In this document: one piece after another, positions 1 through 10,192 of the stretch
Layout of the letters: each line of letters opens with the position of its first letter
How positions within the stretch are numbered: position 1 is the stretch's first letter
Source: Halarcobacter sp.
GTDB lineage: Bacteria > Campylobacterota > Campylobacteria > Campylobacterales > Arcobacteraceae
Assembly (NCBI GenBank): GCA_963676565.1
Contig: OY781089.1
Span: 1,216,001-1,280,000, forward strand
Direction of reading: 5' to 3'
DNA: 64,000 nt
Translations under genes and position numbers: made by a program
The notes under the pieces: model-generated
The model's database searches: none
The model's input: only the letters and a program-made list of their open reading frames with translations
Told to the model about the DNA's origin: nothing

Positions 1-52
1 ATAAAAAAAGAGTTGAGGGTTATAAACAAATGCATTATCTATAGGGATAAAA

Positions 53-1693
53 ATGTTAGGGATTATAGTTTCTACACTACTAATTGCAATAGTAGTAAAT
101 ATTATATTAAAAAAGTTTCATTTACCAACAATTATAGGGTATATTGTTACAGGTACAATTATAGCTTATGTTTTTAATTTACATGATGCAGTTAATAATC
201 ATAGTTTAAAAGAAATTGCCGAATTTGGTGTTGTTTTTCTAATGTTTACAATTGGTTTAGAGTTTTCAATTGAACACTTAAAAAGGATGAGAAAAGAGGT
301 TTTCTTTACAGGTTCATTACAAATATTTGTAACTACAGCTTTTGTGGTAATTATCTGCCAATATGTTTTAGGTTTTGATTTTCAAACTTCACTAATTATC
401 GGTGCAGCTTTATCTTTATCTTCAACGGCAATTGTATTAAAAACCTATAATGAGACAAATGATATTAAAAAAAGACATGGGCAAAGGGTTCTTGGAATTT
501 TGATTATGCAAGATATTGCAGTAATCCCTATTTTACTTTTAATATCTTTTTTTACAGTAGGGGATGATCAATCTGCATTAAAAATTATCTTTGATACAAC
601 TGTTGCAGCACTTGTTTTATTAGCACTTTTATATTTAGTTGGTAAATATTTACTAGAACCATTTTTTGAACATGTTACAAAAGCAGAATCTGATGAGTTA
701 TTTGTTGCTTCTGTTTTGCTTATAGCAATTGGTTCATCTTATATGGCACATTATTTTGGTTTTACCCATTCATTAGGTGCTTTTGTTGCAGGTATGATGA
801 TTAGTGAAACAAAATTTAAACATCAAGTTGAAGCTGACCTTACTCCATTTAGGAATCTTTTATTAGGTGTTTTCTTTATAACAGTTGGTATGCAAATAAA
901 CTTTACTGTAATTGCTGAAAATATCTTTACAATTTTGATTTTACTTCCTATCCTTTTAGTTCTTAAATATGTAATTATTTATACTATTGTAAGAATTGAT
1001 GATACAAGAAGAGTTGCCTTTAAAACAGCAGTTTCTTTAGTTCAAATTGGAGAGTTTTCTTTAGCAATTTTAGAGCTTGCTAGAAGTAATAGTTTAATAG
1101 ACCCAACATATTCTCAAATACTAATAGTAACAATTGTAATCTCAATGATTTTAACACCAATAGTTCTTAAAAATCTATCTTCATTGGCATCTACTTTAGT
1201 GCCAGAAGACCCAATGCAAATTCAAAATACTTATAATATTGATAAAGATACAAAAGGTCATATTGTAGTGATTGGATTTGGACATTTAGGGCAAGAGATT
1301 GCTCATAATTTAAGGGAAGATGGACACGAGTATATAATCATTGAGCATAACTTAAAATATTTCGAGATGGGGTATAAAGATGACGAGCCAATTTTATTTG
1401 GTAATGCAGCCCATAAACATATACTGGAATCTGTTAATATTAAAAATGCTTGTGCAGTAATTGTGGCAATTGATAATGCAGAGAAAGTACATCTAATTTG
1501 TGAAGTAATAGATGACTTAACAAAAAATACAAAAACAATTGTAAAAGTAACTAGATTTAGTGAAAAAGAGGAATTGAAAAATCTTCACTTAGAACATATT
1601 ATTGTTGAAGATGATGTAGTTGCACGTGCACTTGTTAATGAAACAAAGGAGTGTAAATTAGACTTCTTACAAGAAGAAGCTAAAAAAGAATAA
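53..1693 (+). CDS. Kef-type K+/H+ antiporter (CPA2 + TrkA-N)
   Basis: Multi-TM N-terminus (GVVFLMFTIGLE, LSLSSTAIV); C-terminal Rossmann motif IVVIGFGHLG. Confidence 0.9.
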   Translation: MLGIIVSTLLIAIVVNIILKKFHLPTIIGYIVTGTIIAYVFNLHDAVNNHSLKEIAEFGVVFLMFTIGLEFSIEHLKRMRKEVFFTGSLQIFVTTAFVVIICQYVLGFDFQTSLIIGAALSLSSTAIVLKTYNETNDIKKRHGQRVLGILIMQDIAVIPILLLISFFTVGDDQSALKIIFDTTVAALVLLALLYLVGKYLLEPFFEHVTKAESDELFVASVLLIAIGSSYMAHYFGFTHSLGAFVAGMMISETKFKHQVEADLTPFRNLLLGVFFITVGMQINFTVIAENIFTILILLPILLVLKYVIIYTIVRIDDTRRVAFKTAVSLVQIGEFSLAILELARSNSLIDPTYSQILIVTIVISMILTPIVLKNLSSLASTLVPEDPMQIQNTYNIDKDTKGHIVVIGFGHLGQEIAHNLREDGHEYIIIEHNLKYFEMGYKDDEPILFGNAAHKHILESVNIKNACAVIVAIDNAEKVHLICEVIDDLTKNTKTIVKVTRFSEKEELKNLHLEHIIVEDDVVARALVNETKECKLDFLQEEAKKE

Positions 1694-1707
1694 TGATATA
1701 TTGGAGT

Positions 1708-3417
1708 TTATTCTCCAATATATCTTTTTCTTGCACTTTGTTTTATTTTTTTGATATCAACTAAAATAAAGCCATCTACACAATCTGAAAAATCTGTATC
1801 TACATTAAATCCTAAAAATTTAACTCCACCCTCTTCACATATATCTGAGTATTGTTTGAATAAAGTTGGAACAGCAACACCCATATTTAATAGATTTGAT
1901 TTTAATCTTTTAAAATCCTCTTTTTTATCATCAAGGACAAATATATCCTTTAAATCTTGAATATGTGAAGAGTATTGGTATGGTAGTTTTGCCTCAATTA
2001 GTTCTTCTTCATTTGCAAAATAGTGTGAGTAGTAAAAAATCATCATATCTTTTGCACTACTAGGAAAAGTCCCAGAGATTGATACTGGACCAAACATATA
2101 CTTAATTTGTGGATTTGCTCTTAAGTAAGCTCCAATTCCATACCATAAATAATCTAAGGCTCTAGTTCCCCAATATTTTGGTTGTACAAAACTTCTACCA
2201 AGTTCAATTGAATCATCTAAATATTTGTCAAATCTTTTATTATATTTAAAAAGTGAATTAGAATAAAAACCTTTAATACCAATATTCTTATTTATAAAAT
2301 CACCATTTCCTATTCTATATGAACCAACAATTTCTAAATCGTTTTCATCCCATAAAATTATATGTTGATAATAAATGTCATATTTATCTGTATCTCTTTT
2401 TTTATTTATACCTTCACCAACTTTTCTAAATGAAAGCTCCCTTAATCTTCCTAACTCTTTTAAAACAATAGAATCATCTTCATAATCATATAAATAGATT
2501 TTTTTACCATCTTTTGTTTCCCCAATTAATTTTGATTTTTTCAATTCTTTAATTAGTTGATCTTTTTTTTGTGGATGGGCTATGGCTTTTTGTGTTAGGA
2601 AATAAGACTTCTTTCCTTTTTTTAAAGAGTAAAGATGTTTTCTATAAAGATTAACAATAACTTTTTTATCTAAACCTCTAGGTTTGATATTGTCATTTGG
2701 AATCAATTCTCCAATTTTCATTTGTATTGTCATTGACTTTTTATTAAACATCTCATTTGATAAAAGTAGGGTTGAAAATGTTTTATTAATTACTGACATT
2801 GTATAAAATGTTTTAGAGTTTTTGCCACCAATAAATATTGGTAAAATTGGAGCATTTGAATTTATAGCAAAGTTTAAAAAGCCTTTATTCCAAATTGGGT
2901 CTTTAATCCCTTTAGCTCCTGCACGGCTTACTTCTCCTGCTGGAAAAATTATAACTGCACAATCATCATTTAAAGTATCATAAATAGCTTGAACATCTTT
3001 TTTTGATTGTCTAGCTTTAAAGTTATCAACTGGAACTAATAGTGATTTTAAGGCATCAATTCCATTTAGAAAATCATTTGCAACAATTTTTACATCAGTT
3101 CTTACAGTTCCAACTAGTTTTAATAGTGATAAGGCATCTAATGCTCCTAATGGATGGTTAGCAATAATTACAACTTTTCCTGTTGGTGGGATATTTTGAA
3201 TATCATTACTTGAAACAGTATAATCAAAATCAAAAAAGTCTAACACAGCATCTACAAACTCAAAACCTTTTAGGTGAGCATTATTTTTTAAAAATTCATT
3301 TACTGAATCTTCATGGATTACTTTTTTTGCAATTTTAATCAAAGATTTACTTAAAAAGTTAGGGTTTTTCGCAAGTTTAGGAAACTTTTTTTCAATCTCT
3401 TTTTGCACATCAATCAT
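1708..3417 (-). CDS. Acyltransferase + GNAT fusion (OlsF-like ornithine-lipid synthesis)
   Basis: NHPLGALD (HX4D) and IFPAGEVS in N-half; LRELSFR/ELGRSFV GNAT domain in C-half. Confidence 0.75.
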   Translation of the reverse strand: MIDVQKEIEKKFPKLAKNPNFLSKSLIKIAKKVIHEDSVNEFLKNNAHLKGFEFVDAVLDFFDFDYTVSSNDIQNIPPTGKVVIIANHPLGALDALSLLKLVGTVRTDVKIVANDFLNGIDALKSLLVPVDNFKARQSKKDVQAIYDTLNDDCAVIIFPAGEVSRAGAKGIKDPIWNKGFLNFAINSNAPILPIFIGGKNSKTFYTMSVINKTFSTLLLSNEMFNKKSMTIQMKIGELIPNDNIKPRGLDKKVIVNLYRKHLYSLKKGKKSYFLTQKAIAHPQKKDQLIKELKKSKLIGETKDGKKIYLYDYEDDSIVLKELGRLRELSFRKVGEGINKKRDTDKYDIYYQHIILWDENDLEIVGSYRIGNGDFINKNIGIKGFYSNSLFKYNKRFDKYLDDSIELGRSFVQPKYWGTRALDYLWYGIGAYLRANPQIKYMFGPVSISGTFPSSAKDMMIFYYSHYFANEEELIEAKLPYQYSSHIQDLKDIFVLDDKKEDFKRLKSNLLNMGVAVPTLFKQYSDICEEGGVKFLGFNVDTDFSDCVDGFILVDIKKIKQSARKRYIGE

Positions 3418-3548
3418 TTTATCTCCTTAGAATATGCAATTCTAAATAAAATCCATTACATCTAAGTTACAAATGATTTTAGCTTCCCAAAATTAACTAT
3501 TTACATACTTTATGTTAAAATCCAATTTTTATAAAATAGGAGGATTTA

Positions 3549-4256
3549 ATGAACAAATCAGATATCACAAATATATTTACTATTCTTCTTTTAGCCTTTG
3601 GTTACAGTACTCAAAACGATACAATTTTTACTATTGGGCTTTTTGCTTTTAGTGGAGCTATTACAAATACTTTAGCTATTCATATGCTTTTTGAGAAGGT
3701 ACCATATCTTTATGGAAGTGGAGTTATAGAAAAAAAGTTTGATACTTTTAAAGCATCAATTCATAATCTAATAATGGAACAGTTTTTTAGTCCTCAAAAT
3801 CTAAAAAAGTTTTTTGAAGATGAGATGAGTAGTGTAAAAAATACTGTTGATTTTGAATATATTTTAAATAAAACAGATTTTACCCCTGCCTATGACTCTT
3901 TAAAAGAAGCAGTTATAGAATCACCATTTGGTGGTATGCTTGGAATGTTTGGTGGAGAATCGGCACTTGAGCCTTTAAAGGAACCTTTTACTAAAAAACT
4001 GCAAGTTTCAATTATAAAAATATCACAAAGTGATTCTTTCCAAAAGGTTTTAGAAGAAGCAATGAAAACTGAAGCTTTAAATGAAGATATCCATGAAAAA
4101 CTAAGTTTAATCGTTACAAAAAGATTAGATGAACTAACTCCAAAAATGGTTAAAGAGATAGTTCAAGAGATGATAAAAGAGCATCTTGGTTGGTTAGTTA
4201 TTTGGGGAGCCGTTTTTGGTGGACTAATTGGATTTGTTTCAACTTTAGTAATATAG
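3549..4256 (+). CDS. DUF445-family membrane protein; integration target of the element
   Basis: GAITNTLAIHMLF N-terminal and WLVIWGAVFGGLIG C-terminal motifs. Confidence 0.8.
   Translation: MNKSDITNIFTILLLAFGYSTQNDTIFTIGLFAFSGAITNTLAIHMLFEKVPYLYGSGVIEKKFDTFKASIHNLIMEQFFSPQNLKKFFEDEMSSVKNTVDFEYILNKTDFTPAYDSLKEAVIESPFGGMLGMFGGESALEPLKEPFTKKLQVSIIKISQSDSFQKVLEEAMKTEALNEDIHEKLSLIVTKRLDELTPKMVKEIVQEMIKEHLGWLVIWGAVFGGLIGFVSTLVI
4215..4240 (+). repeat. attL core (26-bp direct repeat)
   Basis: tttggtggactaattggatttgtttc, identical to 28881-28906. Confidence 0.9.
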
Positions 4257-4293
4257 CCCTATATAAAGGCTTTATGTAGAAAGCATGGTAGTT

Positions 4294-4323
4294 TTTTACT
4301 ACAAAGTTTTACTACATTTTGTA
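4294..4323 (+). repeat. Putative integrase arm-type sites, left
   Basis: ttttactacaaagttttactacattttgta, identical to 28729-28758; tandem TTTTACTACA. Confidence 0.75.
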
Positions 4324-4493
4324 ATAAACCTGCTAATTTTTGATTGAAATTGAAAGAAAAGAGGATGCTCTGATATTAGTTTTAATCCAAAGCTTTACGT
4401 CCTGAACGACTTCCTCTTATAAGAAGAGAATAAATTTTAAGTTTAGACTCCCTAAATGTATATTATATCAAAAAGTTTATATTTTACTTCAAC

Positions 4494-4802
4494 TTGATTT
4501 TGTATAGAAACTTGGTTCTTTTAATATTAAATCAAAAGACTTGGACTAAAGTTGAAAGATATGGAAGAACATTAGCTCAAAAACTAGGGTATATCAACTC
4601 TATTTCTATTGCTAGTTATGATAACATAAATCAAAAGATTGGAAATGATATTGTGATACCAACAAAGCTTTATAGAATTTATTTTAACAATAAAGAAAAA
4701 TTTGAAAAGTGTTTTGAATATGATAATGTATTAGATGTTGATTATAAAAGTGATAAATTAAAAGATCATGAGATAAATTGTGATGTTTTAAAAATAAAGT
4801 AA
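4494..4802 (+). pseudogene. C-terminal fragment of DNA/RNA non-specific endonuclease
   Basis: LNQKTWTKVERYGR...IVIPTKLYRIY; catalytic DRGH region absent. Confidence 0.6.
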
Positions 4803-4918
4803 AATGAAATTGTTTCTTAAGATAGGATATATATGTTAGTAAATACAGAGAGAATGAAAGTAAAATGTATAAATGTTTTTAGAGGCAATGGAAGAAGTTA
4901 TTTAGTTGGAAATACGAG

Positions 4919-5236
4919 ATGAATTATATAAATTGGCTTTACTTTATATCAGAATTTAATAGTAATAAAAAAAGAGTATTTACTTTTATTTATGGTTTAT
5001 CGTTACCTACACAACAAGATATAAAGGACTTACCGATTAAGTCAGAAAAAATAAATAAAAAAATGGCACTTGTATGTTCTGCATCTATTACAAAAGAACC
5101 TTTGCCTATATCAGAAGAATTGAATTTTGATGGATTTATAGGTAAGGAAACTTATTTAACAAATATAGTGCATCACAAGCAAACTTTACATCTACATAAA
5201 AATAGAGACTGTTCAGAGTTTTGTGTCAGTAACTGA
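4919..5236 (+). pseudogene. Hypothetical protein truncated by an IS end
   Basis: Last codons (RDCSEFCVSN) read through the IS256-like terminal repeat starting at 5205. Confidence 0.5.
5205..5228 (-). mobile_element. IS256-family terminal inverted repeat remnant
   Basis: gagactgttcagagttttgtgtca resembles IS256-family ends; same orientation as the tnp fragment at 16825. Confidence 0.55.
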
Positions 5237-5419
5237 TAGTTCCTAGAATTTTAGCATATTTAATCTTACTAATCCTAATTTGCGCCAAAAAGTACAGGTT
5301 GTTGAACTTATATTTTTTACCTCATTTATAGTGTCTAATAAAGTGTAGGCATTTCAAAGTAACATATGTCTTCTTATAAAACTCTATATAAAGACTTCTG
5401 CAATCATACTACAAATGAA

Positions 5420-7381
5420 TTAAATTTCAGTTTTAGGTTCACTAAAATAATAGCCTTGTGAGTAGTCTATCCCTAATTCTTTAACTTTATTAAAAATCAA
5501 TTCATTTTCAACATACTCAGCAATAGTTTTTATATTCATCTTTTTTGAAAAATCTACAATAGTAGACACTATTATTTGAGACTCTTTATTTTTATGCAAG
5601 TTCTTAATTAAAGAACCATCAATTTTTATATAATCTGTTTTTAATTTCATCAAATAAGCAAAATTACTATATCCTGTTCCAAAGTCATCAATTGCAATTT
5701 TACAATTAAATGATTTTACATTTTCTATAAACTCTATTACTTTATCAAAGTTTTCAATTGATTCACTTTCAACTATTTCAAAAACTACATATTTTCCAAT
5801 ATCATATTTATTTAAAAGATAAAAGAGATGTGTTTTAATATCATCATTTAAAATATCTTCAACGGTTAAGTTTATAGAAAACTCTTTTTTAGTCTCACAA
5901 AAAAACTCAAATGTTTTTTCTGTCATAATCTTAGTTATATTAATATATTGTTTAGTCTTTTTTGCAATATCTAGGAAGAAAAATGGAGTGACAAGTCTAT
6001 CATTTTCTTTTAATCTAACCAATGATTCATACTTTTCATACTCTAATGTTTTATTATTAACAATAGGCTGAAAAACTGGAATAATATTATTTGTATCAAT
6101 AGCTTTTTTAATAGATTTTGTCCATTTTATATTATTTTTATATTCATCATTTAGTGAAATTTCATCTCTATATATTATAAATGATTTATTTTCCCTTTTT
6201 GCAACCTTCAATGCCATATCTACAGTTTGTAAAATACTACTTTTCTCCTCTGTTGAAACAGCTGTTGTAAAATTAAGTAATATCTCTTTTGAATTTACTA
6301 TAACATTTACTTTTTTTAATTTATTTTCTATTTCTAATAAGTTTTCAATAAATTCATCTTTTGAAATATTTTTATTATATATAACAAACTCATCACTATG
6401 TATATGATAAATTTCAAGTCCATTATAAGTTAATATAGTTTTAAGATTATTGGAGAATTGAATTAAAACATTATCTCCTGCTTCATGTCCATAAAGTTCA
6501 TTAATCTGCGAAAAATCATCAATATTAATAACTGCCATTGCAGGATTAATAGATTCATCTAAATCATTTAATAGCTTATATCTGCTTCCTAATCCAGTTA
6601 AACTATTTGTATTTGCAATATTATCTAGTTTGTTTTTTTGTTCAATAGTTTCAGTTATATCATGTCTTACTGCAATATATTCATATATTTCACCTTTGTC
6701 ATCAAGTATTGGTAAAATACTCAAATCTATCCAATAATCCCCAAGCTTTCCTCTATTTTTTAAAATCTTTTTAAATATATTTTTAGATTGTATAGTTTTC
6801 CACATCTCTTTATATAAAGATTTAGGGTTATCTGGATGTCTTAAAATATTGTGTGGTTTACCAATAACTTCATCTTGTGTAAAACCTGTAATTTGATAAA
6901 AGTTTTCATTTGCATATGTAATAAAACCATTAATATCTGATTTTGTAACGATATTTGAAGCATTTAGTGCATTTTGATGACTTTTTAAAAATGCTAATGT
7001 TTTATGCAACTCTTGCTGCGCATGTTTCTCTTTTGTAATATCAGAATAGACAGCCATTATATGATGACTATCTAGTTTATATATAATATTTTCTCTATAT
7101 CCAGAAATTCTATCATCTTCATAAAATTTCAAAGGATGGCTAATAGTTTTTCCTGTTTTATAAACTTTATTAAATACATCTAGTAAGCCCATCTCTTTTA
7201 TACCTGGAAATACATCTAAAACATCTTTACCTACAAGATCTTCTCTAGAAAGTTTTTCTAATTCCAAACTTGAAGTATTAACTTCAACTATCTTAAACTT
7301 TTTACCATCATTATCTGCTTTATAAATAACAAGACAATCTGAAATAGTATTTATCAAATTTTTATAAAAGCTTATATCCAT
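5420..7381 (-). CDS. PAS-PAS-degenerate GGDEF-EAL c-di-GMP phosphodiesterase
   Basis: HSDEF replaces GGDEF; ESLVRL, IDDFGTGYS, IKIDGS, SQGYYF. Confidence 0.9.
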   Translation of the reverse strand: MDISFYKNLINTISDCLVIYKADNDGKKFKIVEVNTSSLELEKLSREDLVGKDVLDVFPGIKEMGLLDVFNKVYKTGKTISHPLKFYEDDRISGYRENIIYKLDSHHIMAVYSDITKEKHAQQELHKTLAFLKSHQNALNASNIVTKSDINGFITYANENFYQITGFTQDEVIGKPHNILRHPDNPKSLYKEMWKTIQSKNIFKKILKNRGKLGDYWIDLSILPILDDKGEIYEYIAVRHDITETIEQKNKLDNIANTNSLTGLGSRYKLLNDLDESINPAMAVINIDDFSQINELYGHEAGDNVLIQFSNNLKTILTYNGLEIYHIHSDEFVIYNKNISKDEFIENLLEIENKLKKVNVIVNSKEILLNFTTAVSTEEKSSILQTVDMALKVAKRENKSFIIYRDEISLNDEYKNNIKWTKSIKKAIDTNNIIPVFQPIVNNKTLEYEKYESLVRLKENDRLVTPFFFLDIAKKTKQYINITKIMTEKTFEFFCETKKEFSINLTVEDILNDDIKTHLFYLLNKYDIGKYVVFEIVESESIENFDKVIEFIENVKSFNCKIAIDDFGTGYSNFAYLMKLKTDYIKIDGSLIKNLHKNKESQIIVSTIVDFSKKMNIKTIAEYVENELIFNKVKELGIDYSQGYYFSEPKTEI

Positions 7382-7386
7382 TGAAT

Positions 7387-8529
7387 CTACTTTATCATAG
7401 GTAATGTGATAGTGAACTTTGCACCTTTGTAAGACTTCTCTTCATACTCAAAGATTTCATTCTCTGCTTTAATAGTTCCTTTTAGGTTCTTAGTGATTAT
7501 AGTATGAGTAATATATAAGCCCAAACCTGTTCCATGTATACTTCCTTTTGTAGTATAGTATGGTTCAAATATTTTTGGTAGAATATTTTCAGGAATTCCA
7601 CCTGCATTGTCTTTTATTGTGATTACAATATGATTATGTTCATCTTCTTTAACTGTAAAAATAAACACTAATTTTTCATGTAAAGTAGATGCATCTTTTA
7701 ATGCATCCTTTGCATTATTCAAAATATTTATAATAGCTTGTAAAAGTTGATTTGGGTCACCAAAAGAGTTTATTTTTTCATCTATTTCTTTTACTGTTTT
7801 TATCAAATTATTATCAAATGAAGCACTAACTAAATCAATACATTTGTTTAAATACTCATGTAAATTAAACACTTTAAGTTGATTTTTAGGAGAAAAAAAG
7901 TTTTTAAAATCTTCTATTGTATTAGATAAATATTGAGTATTGTCATTTATCACATCACAGTTTTTATAAAACTGTTCATCTGGTAAGTTATCCATCTCTT
8001 TTAACAGTTTCATCCCTGTAGCTGTTGTTGAGATAGCTGAAAGGGGTTGTCTCCATTGGTGAGCTATATTTGACAACATCTCACCTATTGCAGCTAGCTT
8101 TGATGATTGTAAAAGCATCTGTTCTTTTTCGAAAAGCTCTATTCTAATTTCAATATTATCAATAATATTTAAAATCTTTTTTTCTAAAAGTTCTAAACTA
8201 ATTGGTTTTAGTAAATAACCTTCAACTTGCAATTCAATGGCATCTTGAAAATAATCAACATCACTAAATGCTGTTGTAAAAATAATAGGGATATCTTGGT
8301 TTTTTTCTTTTATTTTTTTACACATCTCAATACCATCCATTACAGGCATTTTAATATCTGTAATAATAATATCAGGTTTATATGCATCAAAATATTTTAG
8401 AGCTTGTATTCCATCATCTGCTGTATAAAGTGTCTCACAAAAAGTTTCTATAACTTCTGCTAACTCCTCTTGAATAGCTTTTTCATCCTCAACATACAAA
8501 ATAGATTTAACTTTTTTAACCTCTGTCAT
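7387..8529 (-). CDS. Hybrid REC-histidine kinase
   Basis: REC (TDIKMP) + IAHQWRQPL H-box + HATPase (DNAGG, GTGLGL). Confidence 0.9.
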   Translation of the reverse strand: MTEVKKVKSILYVEDEKAIQEELAEVIETFCETLYTADDGIQALKYFDAYKPDIIITDIKMPVMDGIEMCKKIKEKNQDIPIIFTTAFSDVDYFQDAIELQVEGYLLKPISLELLEKKILNIIDNIEIRIELFEKEQMLLQSSKLAAIGEMLSNIAHQWRQPLSAISTTATGMKLLKEMDNLPDEQFYKNCDVINDNTQYLSNTIEDFKNFFSPKNQLKVFNLHEYLNKCIDLVSASFDNNLIKTVKEIDEKINSFGDPNQLLQAIINILNNAKDALKDASTLHEKLVFIFTVKEDEHNHIVITIKDNAGGIPENILPKIFEPYYTTKGSIHGTGLGLYITHTIITKNLKGTIKAENEIFEYEEKSYKGAKFTITLPMIK

Positions 8530-10186
8530 TTTTTACCTTTGAAAAATTACTTACTAACTTGTTTCTTCCTTGAGCTTTTGCATTATACAATAATTCGTCA
8601 GCTTCATTATATAGTTTATTTGTACTTTCAATATCTTTTGCTTTTTTACAAACAAGTCCTGCTGATATGGTTAGATATGGTGATATATTATTATTTTCAT
8701 GCTTAACTTTCAAATCTTCAATAGATTTTACTATTATTTTAGTAAATTCAATACCTTTTTCAACACTAAGTGGTTTAAATAAAACACCAAACTCTTCTCC
8801 ACCAAGTCTAAATATATAATCATCATCTCTTTTAAGAGACTTTTTTACAGTTTGTGCTACTATTTTTAAAGCTTCATCACCTTTTTGATGTCCATAAGTG
8901 TCATTGTATTGTTTAAAATAATCAATATCAAACATCACAAAACATACTAGCTTATCATCTCTTTTAGCACCATCTATATAGCTTCCAAAGGTTTGATTGA
9001 AAAAATGTCTATTAAAAACTTGAGTCAAAGAATCTATAGTAGCCAACTCTTCTACTATTTTAAGATTTGTAATATTGTGGTGTATTGAACTGTATCCTAT
9101 TTTTTCACCATTTTCATCATAGTTTGGATAAATTTTTAAATACACCCAATAATCTTCACCATTTTTATTTCTATTTTTTATTTCACCTGTCCAAATTTGA
9201 TTTTGTTTAATTGTTTCCCACAACTGTTTATATACATTTTTATCTATTTGAGGGTTTCTTATTATATTGTGTTTTTTACCTATAAGTTCCTCTTTTTCAT
9301 ACCCTGTTACCTTACAAAAAGCACTTGATACATAAGTTATTACACCACTTAAATCTGTACTTGAAGTTACTACATTTTCATCTATTATTTGAATATATTC
9401 ATTTATCTTATCTTTTGAATATATCTCTTTTGTAATATCTTTTGTAGCTATTAAAATCCTGTTTTTATCAGGCATTAGTGATAGAGAAATATCTAGGATT
9501 ATTTTTTTACCATCTTTATTTATAACTCTTTGTTGAAAATGCTCCACATGATGATTTTTGATTACAGTTAATATTACCTCTTTAAATCTGTTTTTATCCT
9601 CATCTATTGTTATATCAATAGCTTTTAAGCTTTTTATCTCTTTTAAGTTAAACCCTACAATATGTTCAAAAGCATTATTTGCATATAAAAAATGTGTAGT
9701 AAAATCTAAGATTGCTATACCATCTAATGTTGTTGCTAATATAGTTTCTAGTTCAGCTTTTTTCTTAAGTTCATATTGTGTTTTTTTTTCTAATTGTTTA
9801 TTTAAAAGTTCAATTCTAATGGTTTTTATCATCAAAGATTCTAACTTTTCTAAATCTATTGGTTTTATTATATAGCCATCTGCATGTATCTCTATGGCTT
9901 TTTGCAAATATTCTATATCAGTAAATGCTGTAAGAAAGATTATATGAATATCACTGTTTAATTCAAATAAGTTTTTAGCAAGTTCTATACCATCCATTTG
10001 TGGCATTCTTATATCTGTGACAACTATTTTGGGTTGATGTTTTTTATATAATTCTAAGCCTTCAAGACCATCATCTGCTACATATAACTTATCACAAAAA
10101 TCTTCTAAAAACTCTGCAAGTTCATTTTGAACACTTTTCTCATCTTCAACATATAAAATTGAATTTATCTTTTTCATATCTTTCAT
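8516..10186 (-). CDS. REC-PAS-PAS-GGDEF diguanylate cyclase
   Basis: REC (TDIRMP), two PAS domains, RDDD I-site, GGEEF. Confidence 0.9.
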   Translation of the reverse strand: MKDMKKINSILYVEDEKSVQNELAEFLEDFCDKLYVADDGLEGLELYKKHQPKIVVTDIRMPQMDGIELAKNLFELNSDIHIIFLTAFTDIEYLQKAIEIHADGYIIKPIDLEKLESLMIKTIRIELLNKQLEKKTQYELKKKAELETILATTLDGIAILDFTTHFLYANNAFEHIVGFNLKEIKSLKAIDITIDEDKNRFKEVILTVIKNHHVEHFQQRVINKDGKKIILDISLSLMPDKNRILIATKDITKEIYSKDKINEYIQIIDENVVTSSTDLSGVITYVSSAFCKVTGYEKEELIGKKHNIIRNPQIDKNVYKQLWETIKQNQIWTGEIKNRNKNGEDYWVYLKIYPNYDENGEKIGYSSIHHNITNLKIVEELATIDSLTQVFNRHFFNQTFGSYIDGAKRDDKLVCFVMFDIDYFKQYNDTYGHQKGDEALKIVAQTVKKSLKRDDDYIFRLGGEEFGVLFKPLSVEKGIEFTKIIVKSIEDLKVKHENNNISPYLTISAGLVCKKAKDIESTNKLYNEADELLYNAKAQGRNKLVSNFSKVKNDRG

Positions 10187-10192
10187 ACTTCT

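Noticed and set aside
4385..4420. c-di-GMP-I riboswitch (GGACGTAAAGC on the - strand resembles its junction sequence)
   Set aside because: No GGCAAAC/GNRA-capped stem and no downstream gene; kept only as a generic sRNA candidate
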